Shown here piece after piece: positions 46,634 through 57,062 of a DNA stretch of 64,000 nt. A program made the position numbers and the translations under genes. Under the pieces are notes generated by a model, which worked only from the letters and a program-made list of their open reading frames with translations, did no database searches and was not told the DNA's origin. This DNA is from an uncultured virus (IMG/VR IMGVR_UViG_3300033175_000002) (taxonomy: Duplodnaviria; Heunggongvirae; Uroviricota; Caudoviricetes), in the IMG/VR virus record IMGVR_UViG_3300033175_000002. One strand, 5' to 3'. The first letter of the stretch is position 1. The number at the start of each line of letters is the position of its first letter.

Positions 46634-47113
46634 ATGGCTGTCGTAATCCGTGACGGGTACAACATCGAAGCGACTAGCAGCAACGACGTGGTCATTTCGG
46701 TCGCTAGTGTATGGTTCCCGTGCAAACGTCTCAGCTACGCTAAGACGATCGAGGTCAAGGAGGAGTGGGGAACTGGGAGCCATCTCCCGTACGCCCTGAC
46801 AACCCACAACATCGGGTTCACGGGGTCGTTCGACGTGGGGACTTGGCTGTCTGATGGCGATCGCCACGCTTTGACCTATCTACTCGAAGACCAGGCCGAT
46901 GAGGGGATCCCGATCTATTTCGATATCATGATCATGGATCGGTTCCCGTCGAAAGACCAGGATGCCGGGACGGTCTCGACCGGGAACGTCGGTCGAGCGG
47001 TCTTCGAGAAGCTGCTCAACTGTAAGGTGACGAAGAGCGGTCGGGACTATCCCGAGAACAACACTGTACTGACTCAGTACGAGTTCAAGGCTATGGAGAG
47101 GTCCCCGCTATAG
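46634..47113 (+). CDS. Tail tube protein
   Basis: Directly after sheath; ~160 aa; FTGSF...KLLNCKV...YEFKA. Confidence 0.8.
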   Translation: MAVVIRDGYNIEATSSNDVVISVASVWFPCKRLSYAKTIEVKEEWGTGSHLPYALTTHNIGFTGSFDVGTWLSDGDRHALTYLLEDQADEGIPIYFDIMIMDRFPSKDQDAGTVSTGNVGRAVFEKLLNCKVTKSGRDYPENNTVLTQYEFKAMERSPL

Positions 47114-47150
47114 GGCCCTCTCCAAGAACCATTTTTCGTAGGTGATTTTG

Positions 47151-47678
47151 ATGGCTGAAACAAAGGGGAAGGGGAAGGGAAACGGAACCGGAAAGGGCAA
47201 GCGTCTTACCCGGCGCATCGTTCTGGACGGTATTCGGTACCGAGAGGATGTCGACCTCCCAGGGTACCCGGGGTACTGCGTTACGATTCGGCCTCTGCGA
47301 GACGTCGAGGTGATGGGGCTCGTCTCCGATATGAGGGGGGCGGCTGGCCGGTTGGACGACCTCCAGAAGCTTGCCGAGGACCCTGACGGGAAGGCTAAGG
47401 TTGCCGAGGCCCTGCGGGCGGACTCTGATATGATGGGGCTTCTCAAACAGGTCTGCGAGCTGGGGATCGTGGCCGATACCGAAGAGGAGGACCTGTCCTC
47501 GGTGTTCGATGAGATGGTAGGGTTCTCGATTTTCATCATCGGTATGCGAATCCTGGAGCTCTCCCATATCACCGACGAGGGGGTGGACGATTTTTTCGGA
47601 GCGGTGACGGAAACGTCGTCCTCTCCCTCCACCTCGGAGGATGGCGGATCGGTGGGGGAGGGGACCCCCGCGACCTGA
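47151..47678 (+). CDS. Tail assembly chaperone (gpG-like)
   Basis: VTIRPL motif; between tube and tape measure; slippery site near 3' end. Confidence 0.78.
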   Translation: MAETKGKGKGNGTGKGKRLTRRIVLDGIRYREDVDLPGYPGYCVTIRPLRDVEVMGLVSDMRGAAGRLDDLQKLAEDPDGKAKVAEALRADSDMMGLLKQVCELGIVADTEEEDLSSVFDEMVGFSIFIIGMRILELSHITDEGVDDFFGAVTETSSSPSTSEDGGSVGEGTPAT

Positions 47679-48034
47679 CTACCGTGCAGGTGGCTGTTGC
47701 GCTGTACTGCACCGCCCGGGAACTGGAGATCCGGGCGGGTCTTGAGTCCGGAGGCGGTCCGGCTGGATCGTCTTCAGGTCGGTCACGCGGACCGACGAAC
47801 CGTCGTCAGGCCGGACCGCTGACCGGCCGGCCGCCCCTGAAGTGGGCCAACAAAGACGGGTCGACCGGATACCTGACCCACGAGGAGTACATCAATCTCC
47901 GGAGGCGGTCCCGGGGCGAACATGTCCCCGGCGGTATAGCCGACTACCTGGCGAAACGGAAGGCCGACCAGAAGGACTCGCCGGTAACGAAAGCGATCGG
48001 GCTGAGCAACGAGGAGGAGGAGGGCGAGCAGTGA
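47597..48034 (+). CDS. Tail assembly chaperone -1 frame extension (gpT-like)
   Basis: -1 frame open from T TTT TTC (47591-47597) to stop at 48034. Confidence 0.72.
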   Translation, partial: RSGDGNVVLSLHLGGWRIGGGGDPRDLTTVQVAVALYCTARELEIRAGLESGGGPAGSSSGRSRGPTNRRQAGPLTGRPPLKWANKDGSTGYLTHEEYINLRRRSRGEHVPGGIADYLAKRKADQKDSPVTKAIGLSNEEEEGEQ

Positions 48035-50985
48035 AGATCCGGGACCTCTATTTCCGGATGCAAGTTCTCGATCAGGCCACGAAACACCTGACCGATACAA
48101 GAGTGCTGGCCGACCGAGTCGGGCAGACCGTCGCTACCGTCGAGACGCGGGTGAACGATCGGGCTTCGGCCCCGCTCCAGAAGGTGGCGGCCGCTGCCCA
48201 GACCGTCCAGACCACGTTCTCCAATTTTCAGAACGTTGGATCGAATGCGAGCCGGACTCTGGGGGCGGCCGGTGACGCCGGTGCCAAGGCTGCGTCCGGG
48301 ATGGATCGGGCCGCTTCTGCTACAAACCGGTTGGCGGCCGGGCTGAGCAACGTCCAGACCCGAGCAGGTCAGGCGGCCTCTTCGGTGGGGCAGGTCGGCG
48401 CCAAGCTGGATTCAATCGAGCGCGGAGCTACCAAGGTCTCTGCGGCGACCGGGGCGATCGTGGGGATTTCGGTCTACAAAGCCGCGGACTATCAAGAGCT
48501 CCTGAAGGGGATCGAGGCCCGGGCGTCCTCCCCCGAAGTCGCGAAAGAGATCACGTCGTGGGTCGAGGAGGGGGGATCCAAATCCTATTCGTCCCAGTTC
48601 CAGCGGGCTCGGGCTGCCGCGAAGCTGACGACCGGAGCCGCCGGAGGTCTCGTCGGGGCCTCCGACAATGCCGACCTTCAAAAAGAGTTTCTGGAGGAGC
48701 TTGAGCTGACCCTAGCGGTGCAGGGGGCTGCGTCGAACGCCAGCATCCGCACCCTGGGCGATGCCGATAACATGCTCGAGTCGTTCGTCGGGGGGAACGT
48801 CTCCTCGCTGAACAAACTGATACCCGGCTACCAGCTGAGCAATGAAAAGGTGGCCGAGCTGCGAGAACAGTACCGGCGGACGATGCCCGAGCTCAAGAAC
48901 TTCAATGATCAGCAGGTCGACCTGTACATCGGGATGAAAGAGGGCCTCAAAATCATGAAAGAGGCGAACGAGGGGAAGGACCCGATCGTGTCGGCGGTCA
49001 CCGAGATGAGGATGGCTTACGAAAAGCTGTCCGTTGCGATCGGGACCCCTCTGGTCGGCTCGTTCGAGGCAGTTGCGTCCGGGCTGCACAAGCTCGCAAC
49101 GCTGGCCGAGAAGTACCCGGATGCCACCAAGTACGTTTCGTTCGGGTTGGCTCTGGCGTTCGTGGGGGCGTCTGGGGCCGTCGTCTCCGCTCAGGTCCTC
49201 GGAGCTCTGACCACCCTGAAAGCGCTCGGCGGAGTCGCGTCCGTCGTCACTGCCCCGCTCAAGATCCTGACGGCCGCTCAGTGGCTCCTGAACGTTGCGA
49301 TGGCGGCCAACCCCATCGGGATCCTGATCATCGCCGGGGCCGCGTTGCTGGCGCTCCTCGTCTACATCGCCTACCGGACCGGGGCCCTGGCGAAAGCCTG
49401 GGAGTACCTGAAGTCCCTCGATCTGGGGGGGACCCTGTCGGCCGGCGTCGACTGGGCTAAGGAGAAGTGGTCCGACTTCCTCGCCATCGTGGACGGGGTC
49501 AGCTCGAAGCTGAAAGGGATGTCGGCCGGCGAGTTTCTGAAGGGCGCGATATCGATGGCGATCAAGGTCTCGCCGGGCGGGATGGTGGCGGCCGTCCTGA
49601 CCCAGAAGATCCCGGGACTGCTGACCTGGATCTGGGATTCGATTACGACCCTGACCGACCGCCTCAAAGACTGGTTGGAGGGGCTGATCCCTGACTGGCT
49701 GGGTCAGGTCGTCAAGTGGCTGCAGGGAGCGTGGGGCTACCTCAAGGATCTGTACGGGACGTTCCGGGGCTGGTACGATCGCCTCAAAATGATTCTGTTC
49801 GGCGGGTACAACGAGCAGGGGCAGTTCGAGGCCGGGATCGCCACTAAGATCGGCGACCGGATCGTCGATGCCCTGCGAGGCGCCCCCTTGATCGGGGGTC
49901 TTGTGACCCAGATGACTGCCGAGGGCGAGGCCGCCCAGGCCAAGGCCGAGGGGAAGACCGAATCCGAGACGATGCGGGAGCTCACCGGGATCGATCGGTT
50001 CCGGGGAAAGGATCATGCCGGCGAGGTCTACGTCATCGAGTACAAAGCAAAAGATCTGTACGCCGACTTGATGCAAGAGAAATACGGGACTGATACCCTC
50101 TCCTGGTCCGAGTGGCAGAAGCTTCCCGATGCCCACAAGGGTCTGTTCGACGAGAAGCTGAAATCGATAACTATCGAGGCCGCGAAGGCCCGAGGGTACG
50201 ACGTTGACAAGGCCAAAGCGATCGAGAAGGCTTTTTCGGGCGGAGAACCCCCGGTCGAGCTCCCTCCTGCCGTCGAGGAGCATTACGCCGAGACGGGGGC
50301 GGCCCAGCAGCAGCAGCGGACCGAGGCGAGGGAGGCTGAACAGAATATACTCGATTTTCTGGGGGCTGAGATACCGACCGGAGGAGCTCCGACTAGCGTC
50401 GATGCGATCGAGTTCGCCGGCCGGCAGATCCCCGTTTACGATCAGGCCGATCTGAGGGGGACCGGCTGGGGAACGAACGTCCGGATCAACGATTCGGGGC
50501 AGGCCGTTATGGAGGTGGATATCGATTCGCTTCCGCATAAACAGAAGCTTGAGTTTCAGCAAAAGTACGGCTTCACCCAGTTCGTCCCGAAACTTGAACG
50601 CGGTGGCGGGGTCGAGGAGACCGGGGGAGCGGTCGTCCACGCCGGCGAAGAGTACTCCCCGGCCCAGGTCGTCCGGAAAACGACTGCGGCCGAACGGTTG
50701 GCTGACTCGATTCTGGCGCTGTTCGGGCTGGGCGAGACCGGGGCCGAGTCTCGGGAGATGGCCCGGACCGCTGTCCCTCTGCCCCGGTCCGAGGGAGGCG
50801 AGGTCGAACCCGGGGCCGGATCTGAAAGCGGTCCTCGGGTGTTGGTTCAGGTGCAGGGGCCGCTCATGCACGTCGACCGGATCGAGCGGGAGGTCGACCT
50901 CAACGACGCAATCTGGAAACTGAGGACGATGCTTGATGATATGGCCCGGCGGGGCGAGGGCAACTATCTTGGTGGGGGGTGGTGA
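48031..50985 (+). CDS. Tape measure protein
   Basis: Ala-rich helical; AAQWLLNVAMAANPIG; Trp-periodic repeats; GGAVVHAGE near C-terminus. Confidence 0.9.
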   Translation: MKIRDLYFRMQVLDQATKHLTDTRVLADRVGQTVATVETRVNDRASAPLQKVAAAAQTVQTTFSNFQNVGSNASRTLGAAGDAGAKAASGMDRAASATNRLAAGLSNVQTRAGQAASSVGQVGAKLDSIERGATKVSAATGAIVGISVYKAADYQELLKGIEARASSPEVAKEITSWVEEGGSKSYSSQFQRARAAAKLTTGAAGGLVGASDNADLQKEFLEELELTLAVQGAASNASIRTLGDADNMLESFVGGNVSSLNKLIPGYQLSNEKVAELREQYRRTMPELKNFNDQQVDLYIGMKEGLKIMKEANEGKDPIVSAVTEMRMAYEKLSVAIGTPLVGSFEAVASGLHKLATLAEKYPDATKYVSFGLALAFVGASGAVVSAQVLGALTTLKALGGVASVVTAPLKILTAAQWLLNVAMAANPIGILIIAGAALLALLVYIAYRTGALAKAWEYLKSLDLGGTLSAGVDWAKEKWSDFLAIVDGVSSKLKGMSAGEFLKGAISMAIKVSPGGMVAAVLTQKIPGLLTWIWDSITTLTDRLKDWLEGLIPDWLGQVVKWLQGAWGYLKDLYGTFRGWYDRLKMILFGGYNEQGQFEAGIATKIGDRIVDALRGAPLIGGLVTQMTAEGEAAQAKAEGKTESETMRELTGIDRFRGKDHAGEVYVIEYKAKDLYADLMQEKYGTDTLSWSEWQKLPDAHKGLFDEKLKSITIEAAKARGYDVDKAKAIEKAFSGGEPPVELPPAVEEHYAETGAAQQQQRTEAREAEQNILDFLGAEIPTGGAPTSVDAIEFAGRQIPVYDQADLRGTGWGTNVRINDSGQAVMEVDIDSLPHKQKLEFQQKYGFTQFVPKLERGGGVEETGGAVVHAGEEYSPAQVVRKTTAAERLADSILALFGLGETGAESREMARTAVPLPRSEGGEVEPGAGSESGPRVLVQVQGPLMHVDRIEREVDLNDAIWKLRTMLDDMARRGEGNYLGGGW

Positions 50986-50989
50986 TTTC

Positions 50990-51412
50990 GTGGGTTTCGT
51001 TCAAGTCGAGATCGGGGCAATTAAACTAGGGGAACGAGTGAAGGTCGAGAAGGGGGGGTCCCCCTGGGAGCGGAATCGGTCCGAGTCCCAGGCCAAACCG
51101 AACCCGATCGATATCACCTGGGAGCAGCGGTTCGGCATAGCGATTCATGAGCCGGTCGGCCGCAAACCGATCACCCAGGTGACTCAGCCTAAAGCCCTCT
51201 GGAGCTGCACGATGCAGTTCAACACTACCAACGAGGACTCGATGGCCGAGGTCCGAGACCTGACCGTCGGGCCCCATATCGTGCGGACGAGTCTCGACTC
51301 GATCTGCATGTACCTGGAACGGAAGCGGATGACCCAGCCCGGGGGCACGACCGACTTTTATTACAACTGTACCCTCTCGTTCATTGAAGCCAACGACCGG
51401 GGGACCACTTGA
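50990..51412 (+). CDS. Tail tube initiator / baseplate protein (P2 gpU-like)
   Basis: IAIHEPVGRKPITQ...CTLSFIE; follows tape measure. Confidence 0.65.
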   Translation: MGFVQVEIGAIKLGERVKVEKGGSPWERNRSESQAKPNPIDITWEQRFGIAIHEPVGRKPITQVTQPKALWSCTMQFNTTNEDSMAEVRDLTVGPHIVRTSLDSICMYLERKRMTQPGGTTDFYYNCTLSFIEANDRGTT

Positions 51413-53028
51413 TGGCGCTCGATCACCTCGTTACGATCGACGGGGTCGACGTGTCGCCGTGGGTCGAATCGATCCGGGCCGATGAGAACTTCAACTACAA
51501 CGAGGGTGACAAGATCGATATCACCATCATCCACATCAACAACATGTTTCTGGGGAAGTTCCAGACCGACCACGAGATCAAGGTCGCCCTCTACAACGAG
51601 ATGGTTCACTGCGCCGGACGAGGCCGACGAGGAGAGACCACCTCCGTCCGGCACGAGTTCGTTCTGGCCGATGGCGAGGTCCAGAAGGTGAGCTACCGGC
51701 CGAACCGGATCGTCGTCGAGGGCGTCTGCCTGGTGGGGACCCTGGGCGATGCCCTCAAAGAAGACTACGATGCCAAAATGAAAACGGTGACGACGGTCGT
51801 CAACGATCTGCTGAACATGCATCGAGACCAGTCCGCCCACGGCGACAAAATCAAGGGGCGAGTGATCGATATTACCTCCGACCACCTGTACGACTATCAG
51901 TGGCCCATATTCAAGGCGGGCCAGGTGAGCTATCAGACTGCCCTCACCCACCTCGCTACCAAGGTCGGAGCGATCTGGTTCGTCGATGAGTTCGGGATGT
52001 TCTATTTCACCGACCCCAAACCGCAGAAGGGGATGATCGACCTCGACCCGTACATGATGGATCCGGACGAAGCGGAGACCGTGATTGGTCACTCGAACAT
52101 CCTCCGGGTCGTGGGGTCGGGCGTCTACCCGCCGTCCAGTGAGTACTCGCCGCTGGAGACTCATGAGCGGTTTTTCGCCGAGGCCCGAAACGACAAGTCG
52201 ATCGAGCGCCACGGGGAGCTGGTCGCTCCTGTCCTGTACGACCCGAATCTGTCGACCCAGTCGCTCGTCGATGAGAAGGCGACGAACCTCGCAGAGTTCT
52301 ACAAGATCGCTGAGAACGTTGCCCGGCCGAAGCTGGTCGGGTTCGTCCCGCCGATCCTTTCGTTCGTGAAGTTTCACGCTGGGGTGACGAACTACTCGGG
52401 CTGCCCCCAGAAGATCACCCTCGGGGAGAAGTCCGAACTGATTGACGGGCTCTGCGTTCGGCGGATCGTAGAATACTCCAGCCGCGGCCTCCTCTGCGAG
52501 ATCGAGGTGGCAACGTCGGTCCCAGAGATGGGGCTCCTCTACATCAAGGGAGACGAGGATGCGGTGATCCTCCGGGGAGGCGATCCGGACGAGGCCGACG
52601 AGGCCCATATCGATGCAGTCAAAAAGCTGTCCGACGACGAGCTCAAAGACCTGGTCGAGGAGGAGGAGGAGGAACCTCCGGTCGAGGAGGAGGAGGAAAC
52701 TCTGGAGACGGTCGAGATCGAGATCGATGGGCGGGCCTTCCGGGCGGCTGTAGTGACCGAGGGTGGGGCGAAATTCCTGCTCGTCCCGCCGGAGATCATC
52801 CCGTCGCTGTTCGATCTGGCGAAAGGAGATCGGGACCGCCGGATCCGGGCCTACGATACCCTGGACACTGGCGAATCTTGGATGTACTACCAGGTCGACC
52901 GGGCGGAGGCTCGGGTCGTCCGGGACCGGACTACTCTCCTCGGCTGGCATCGGGTCGTCCCCTGGAACGATCCGAGCTCCACCTCGGTTGCCAAGAACCT
53001 CGCCGGGGGGTGGCCGGACTATGCGTAG
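51409..53028 (+). CDS. Baseplate hub protein (gpD/gp27-like) with acidic C-terminal extension
   Basis: VTIDGVDVS, LTHLATKVGAIWFVDEFGMFYF, SIERHGE. Confidence 0.75.
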   Translation: MMALDHLVTIDGVDVSPWVESIRADENFNYNEGDKIDITIIHINNMFLGKFQTDHEIKVALYNEMVHCAGRGRRGETTSVRHEFVLADGEVQKVSYRPNRIVVEGVCLVGTLGDALKEDYDAKMKTVTTVVNDLLNMHRDQSAHGDKIKGRVIDITSDHLYDYQWPIFKAGQVSYQTALTHLATKVGAIWFVDEFGMFYFTDPKPQKGMIDLDPYMMDPDEAETVIGHSNILRVVGSGVYPPSSEYSPLETHERFFAEARNDKSIERHGELVAPVLYDPNLSTQSLVDEKATNLAEFYKIAENVARPKLVGFVPPILSFVKFHAGVTNYSGCPQKITLGEKSELIDGLCVRRIVEYSSRGLLCEIEVATSVPEMGLLYIKGDEDAVILRGGDPDEADEAHIDAVKKLSDDELKDLVEEEEEEPPVEEEEETLETVEIEIDGRAFRAAVVTEGGAKFLLVPPEIIPSLFDLAKGDRDRRIRAYDTLDTGESWMYYQVDRAEARVVRDRTTLLGWHRVVPWNDPSSTSVAKNLAGGWPDYA

Positions 53029-53146
53029 CGAAATGTTCCACCAGATGACCCAGGATCGAAGATCTCCGGGTCAAGGCTACAATCAGGCCAGACCGAACCC
53101 GAACCATCGGTTCCGGGGCAGCTCTGCATGTACGGGGGGTTTCTGA

Positions 53147-54325
53147 ATGGTCGGACAGACCCGTCAAGGCAGGCTGCTGGACGGAACCCGGCGAGACACC
53201 CGCCAGATCAATCGGATCGAGCTGATCGCCGCTGAGAAGATCTGGCCCCACCTGGCCCCGTTCGACGGAGACAAAGACTTCAACCAGGTCGACGGCGCCC
53301 TCCGGGATCGAGCCACCCCGAAAGGGGCGGCCAAACAAAAGATGAGGTGGAGGATCAATACCCTCCAGCGGGGACCGGCTGATAGCAGGTTCAGCGGTCA
53401 CCCCTGGACTCCGAGGGTCGGAGACCTCTGCGTCGTCCTCTGGTACAACAATGAGAAGGGGATAGTGATCGGGACGATCCCGAACAAGGAGCAGGAACCG
53501 GTATGCCGGCCCGGCTCGAATACCAGGACTACGTACGATCAGGTCTGGAAAATTACGCCGTGGGACGAACCGAGCCGAAATGCTGAGCTCGATTTCAACA
53601 AGTTCCCGGATCCACGAAACCCCGATTGCTTGAAGTGGTGGGACGAGCGGCCCGGGGGGAAGGGGCGGGACTGGGTATTTTCAAAGAATTGTAAGCCCGG
53701 GAACGACGAACCAAGCTGCAAGAGCTGTACCGGGCCAGACCACATCCTGCAGGGGTGTTCGTGGTTCAAACTGCTCTCGGACAAAACCCTCGCGAGCTGC
53801 GGGAAACCTGATCGGGTCTGGCACCACCACCTGTCCGGGTCGACGATGTTTCTCGATAAAGATGGTGTGATTTATATCGAGAACCGACTATCGGAGGAGC
53901 CGAAAGGCCATATCAAGTTCTTCCCCGACGGGAAGATCGAAATCCAGTCCCGGTCGAAATCGTCGGGAGCGGTCTGCGGCTGTTCCGGGGACGGGTCGGG
54001 TATCATCGCGGGTGCCAGAGTCACCCTCCTCCGGAACGGCGAGATCGAGCTTAACAACCTGGACGTGGGCGGCGAAAGCACGGCGTTCATCCGCATCGCT
54101 GCGGATGGTGAGATCACCATAAAGACTCCTCGAAAGATATCGATTATTTCCGAGGAGGAGGACGTCTTGATCAAGGCGGCCACCAAGATTACACTTGATG
54201 CACCGCTGATCGACGAAGTTACCGGACTTGTGCACAACCACGGGAACCAGATCATCGACGGGTCTTGCGACCATGGGGCGTGCAGCTGTCCCTGTGGTGG
54301 AGGCGGAGACTGCCCTCTGGAATAG
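53147..54325 (+). CDS. Baseplate central spike (gpV-like)
   Basis: PRVGDLCVVLW...IVIGTI OB-fold motif; HLSGS beta-helix repeats; Cys/His-rich tip. Confidence 0.78.
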   Translation: MVGQTRQGRLLDGTRRDTRQINRIELIAAEKIWPHLAPFDGDKDFNQVDGALRDRATPKGAAKQKMRWRINTLQRGPADSRFSGHPWTPRVGDLCVVLWYNNEKGIVIGTIPNKEQEPVCRPGSNTRTTYDQVWKITPWDEPSRNAELDFNKFPDPRNPDCLKWWDERPGGKGRDWVFSKNCKPGNDEPSCKSCTGPDHILQGCSWFKLLSDKTLASCGKPDRVWHHHLSGSTMFLDKDGVIYIENRLSEEPKGHIKFFPDGKIEIQSRSKSSGAVCGCSGDGSGIIAGARVTLLRNGEIELNNLDVGGESTAFIRIAADGEITIKTPRKISIISEEEDVLIKAATKITLDAPLIDEVTGLVHNHGNQIIDGSCDHGACSCPCGGGGDCPLE

Positions 54326-54333
54326 AGGGGGGG

Positions 54334-54819
54334 ATGATCGAAATGGGGGACCTGAAACTGAACATGGATCTGAGGGCGGGGGAGATCAAGTGCCATCGGT
54401 TGGTCGACCTGGTCTTGACCCCGGACGGGGACCTCGCCCTGACTCAGTCAGACCACGAGATGGGGCAACAAACGATGCTGGTCTATTTCGCTACGCCGAA
54501 GGGTGAGATGATCGATCCCGACGAGGGCTCGATCTTCTTCGATTATATGCACAAGCCGCTGACCAAAAATCGAATGGCGTCCCTATCCGTCGAGCTGCGG
54601 GCCGAGCTGGGGGAGTTCTTCCCTGAGCTGGGCGTCTACCGCGTGACCCTGACCCAAACCGATCACCGGCGCGTGTTTCTGACGGTGCATTGTTCCGTGG
54701 GGGCGCTGACCTACCTGTTCTCGCCGGAGGATGTGCTTCACTTGAACATGCAGCTGGCCCAGACCCGGGAATCCCTTCGGTGGGGGGTCGATGACGTGAT
54801 GCCTGGAGGGGTGTACTGA
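54334..54819 (+). CDS. Baseplate gp25/gpW-like protein
   Basis: TPDGDLALT...ATPKGEMIDPDEGS. Confidence 0.75.
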   Translation: MIEMGDLKLNMDLRAGEIKCHRLVDLVLTPDGDLALTQSDHEMGQQTMLVYFATPKGEMIDPDEGSIFFDYMHKPLTKNRMASLSVELRAELGEFFPELGVYRVTLTQTDHRRVFLTVHCSVGALTYLFSPEDVLHLNMQLAQTRESLRWGVDDVMPGGVY

Positions 54820-56249
54820 TGGCGGATGAACCTCGAAAAGTGTCCCGCATCTCAACTGAGATGCAGCTCTACCAGCAGGCGGCGAACCCGAACCTACAGG
54901 GGTACGGCAGGTTCCAGGTCCTCGGGACCATCAACCGGTCGGTCGCGGTTCAGGTCCGCAAACTCGAGGAGCTCGTATTCGAGGCGAGCGCGAACCTCTC
55001 GATCCGGACCGCGGCCGGGAAGTACCTCGATGCGCTGGTCATCGATCGGCTCCCTGAAGGGAGGCTCGGTGGGAACCGGGCGGGGGGTTACGTCACGTTC
55101 CACCGGTTCATCCCCGCCGGGGAGGATATCGAGATACCCGCGTTCACTGAGGTCGTTCGGCCCACCGAGGACGGGACCAATCCGATCGTGTTCCGGACCG
55201 TCGAGGACGTCGTCCTGGAGGCGGGCGATACCGCGGTCGTGGCCCAGATCGAGGCCGTCGAGGCGGGGACCCGGGGGAACGTTCCGGCGTTTTCCATCGT
55301 GGCGGTTACGGATTCGCTGGTTGGCGTTGACTGGATCGAGAACCCGATGCCGATCTCTGGCGGGACCGAGCCCGAGACGGACTCTTCCCTGCGGAGGAGG
55401 TACATCCACGCCATCCTCGTCCCCGGCCGGGCGACCAAATCGCTGATCGAACAGCATCTACTCGCCCTCCCAACCGTATCCGAGGCGTCGGTGGCCCATG
55501 TTGGGGGCGGGGACGTCGAGATAGTGGTCGATACCTCCGAGGGGGTCCTCGGGTCGACTTACGAGATCTGGCAGGCAATCAGGGAGAACCTGGCCGCTGG
55601 GGTGACTGCCCGGGGGGTGCTGGCTGCAACGGCCGGCGATCCGTCCCGGGCCTTGCTCGGGGATTCTGCCGGGGGCCAGATCTGGGTTCGGCCCACCCAG
55701 CATATACTATCCCTCGATTCGCTGGAGGTCACTTACTTCGATGTGCTGGGTCGGGCGAGGACCGGAGTCTGTTCCATCCCGGATGCTACCCCCAGAGGGG
55801 CGGCGCTGAGGATGACCATGGAGGATGAGGATGATCGGGCCGTCGATATCCGGTCGGTCGATTACGATGGCCCCTACGAGTACGAGCTGTTTATCGGGCT
55901 CGGAGAGATGCCGTACCTTTACAACCTCCCTGAGCCCGTCCTCGTCTCTGTCGTCGGTCAGGTTCGGGTGGATCCGACCGCCCCGGTGGGGTTGCTCCCG
56001 GCGATCGAGGCGTCGGTGAGCGATTTTCTGAACCAGTACCGGATCGGAGAGGCGATCGAGTACTCTGACGTCGTCTTCAAAGCGATCGGTCTCGATTCCG
56101 GAACGGGGGTACCGTTCGAGGGGGTCGATGAAATTGTTTCTTGTCAGATATCGGCGAAGTATCAGATGATCGACCGATTCGGCCTAAGGATAGCAGTGGA
56201 CTCGGACGAGCGGGTCCGGGCCGGGACGGTTCGGTTCGAGTACGTCTAG
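54819..56249 (+). CDS. Baseplate J-like wedge protein
   Basis: TAAGKYLD, EAVEAGTRGNV, GGTEPETDSSLRRR. Confidence 0.92.
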   Translation: MADEPRKVSRISTEMQLYQQAANPNLQGYGRFQVLGTINRSVAVQVRKLEELVFEASANLSIRTAAGKYLDALVIDRLPEGRLGGNRAGGYVTFHRFIPAGEDIEIPAFTEVVRPTEDGTNPIVFRTVEDVVLEAGDTAVVAQIEAVEAGTRGNVPAFSIVAVTDSLVGVDWIENPMPISGGTEPETDSSLRRRYIHAILVPGRATKSLIEQHLLALPTVSEASVAHVGGGDVEIVVDTSEGVLGSTYEIWQAIRENLAAGVTARGVLAATAGDPSRALLGDSAGGQIWVRPTQHILSLDSLEVTYFDVLGRARTGVCSIPDATPRGAALRMTMEDEDDRAVDIRSVDYDGPYEYELFIGLGEMPYLYNLPEPVLVSVVGQVRVDPTAPVGLLPAIEASVSDFLNQYRIGEAIEYSDVVFKAIGLDSGTGVPFEGVDEIVSCQISAKYQMIDRFGLRIAVDSDERVRAGTVRFEYV

Positions 56250-56263
56250 TTTGGGGTGACGTT

Positions 56264-56713
56264 ATGGGGGGAAAAGTGAATCCAGGTATCCAGGGAGGAG
56301 AGCTCCAGGCTTTCCTCGAAACCAAGTTCCCGATGACCACGGGTCGGCTGAGAAGGTTCCGGCCCTACGGACGGTCGGAACTTGAGGCATTGCTCGGAGT
56401 GGTCGTCGAGCCCGGCCCACAGGTGACTCTGCACGCTTTTCCGGGGCTGAGGATCGGAGATCATCAGGTCCCGCCGAAGTTCTTGCGGGTGTCAAGGGGC
56501 CAGATCGGAACCGAGGTGTTTCGCGAGAGCGATAGCGGGATCAAGAACGTCCGGATACTTTCGAAAGACGAGATCGTTCAGTACTACTACGATCTGGTCG
56601 TGGCAGGGTATACCCAGGCCGAGCTCGAGCTGACCCTGAACTCCGACTTTCCGCCGGCCATCGTCCGGGGACTGAAGAGAGATGCCCCGGTCGTCGAACC
56701 GAGGAGGGGATGA
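56264..56713 (+). CDS. Hypothetical protein
   Basis: GGGGTGA RBS; operon-packed. Confidence 0.55.
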   Translation: MGGKVNPGIQGGELQAFLETKFPMTTGRLRRFRPYGRSELEALLGVVVEPGPQVTLHAFPGLRIGDHQVPPKFLRVSRGQIGTEVFRESDSGIKNVRILSKDEIVQYYYDLVVAGYTQAELELTLNSDFPPAIVRGLKRDAPVVEPRRG

Positions 56714-56714
56714 T

Positions 56715-57062
56715 ATGGGCGGGCTAGAGGTCATCGACGTCCATCTGCTGAAGCTCTCGTTCGCGTTCGGCTTGCTGCTGATCGTTTCGGGAGCGGCCCA
56801 CGTCTACATGGGGTGCAAGTTCCGATCCATGGAGGGCTTGCTTCGGATCGTGGCCCAGCAGAACCGGGCTCTGTCTACCGAGAGGGCGAACGCCCTGGAG
56901 AAGGTTGCCCAGCTTCAGATGACCCTGGAGGAGGACCTCGCCGTCCGGGCGGCCCTGAAGCGGTGCGCGGATCGGGCGACCTCCCTCGAAGAGCTGAAAG
57001 GGTGCGTTCACGAGTACGTTGCCCCGATCGAACCGGTGAAGGGCGGCGAGGGGGATGCATGA
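56715..57062 (+). CDS. Membrane protein with coiled coil
   Basis: LSFAFGLLLIVSGAAHVYM then heptad region. Confidence 0.6.
   Translation: MGGLEVIDVHLLKLSFAFGLLLIVSGAAHVYMGCKFRSMEGLLRIVAQQNRALSTERANALEKVAQLQMTLEEDLAVRAALKRCADRATSLEELKGCVHEYVAPIEPVKGGEGDA

Noticed and set aside
644..52950. Long minus-strand ORFs (e.g. 644-2056, 8000-9364, 27914-29401, 33537-35075, 48712-50871, 51361-52950)
   Set aside because: Antisense shadows of high-GC + strand genes; no recognisable motifs
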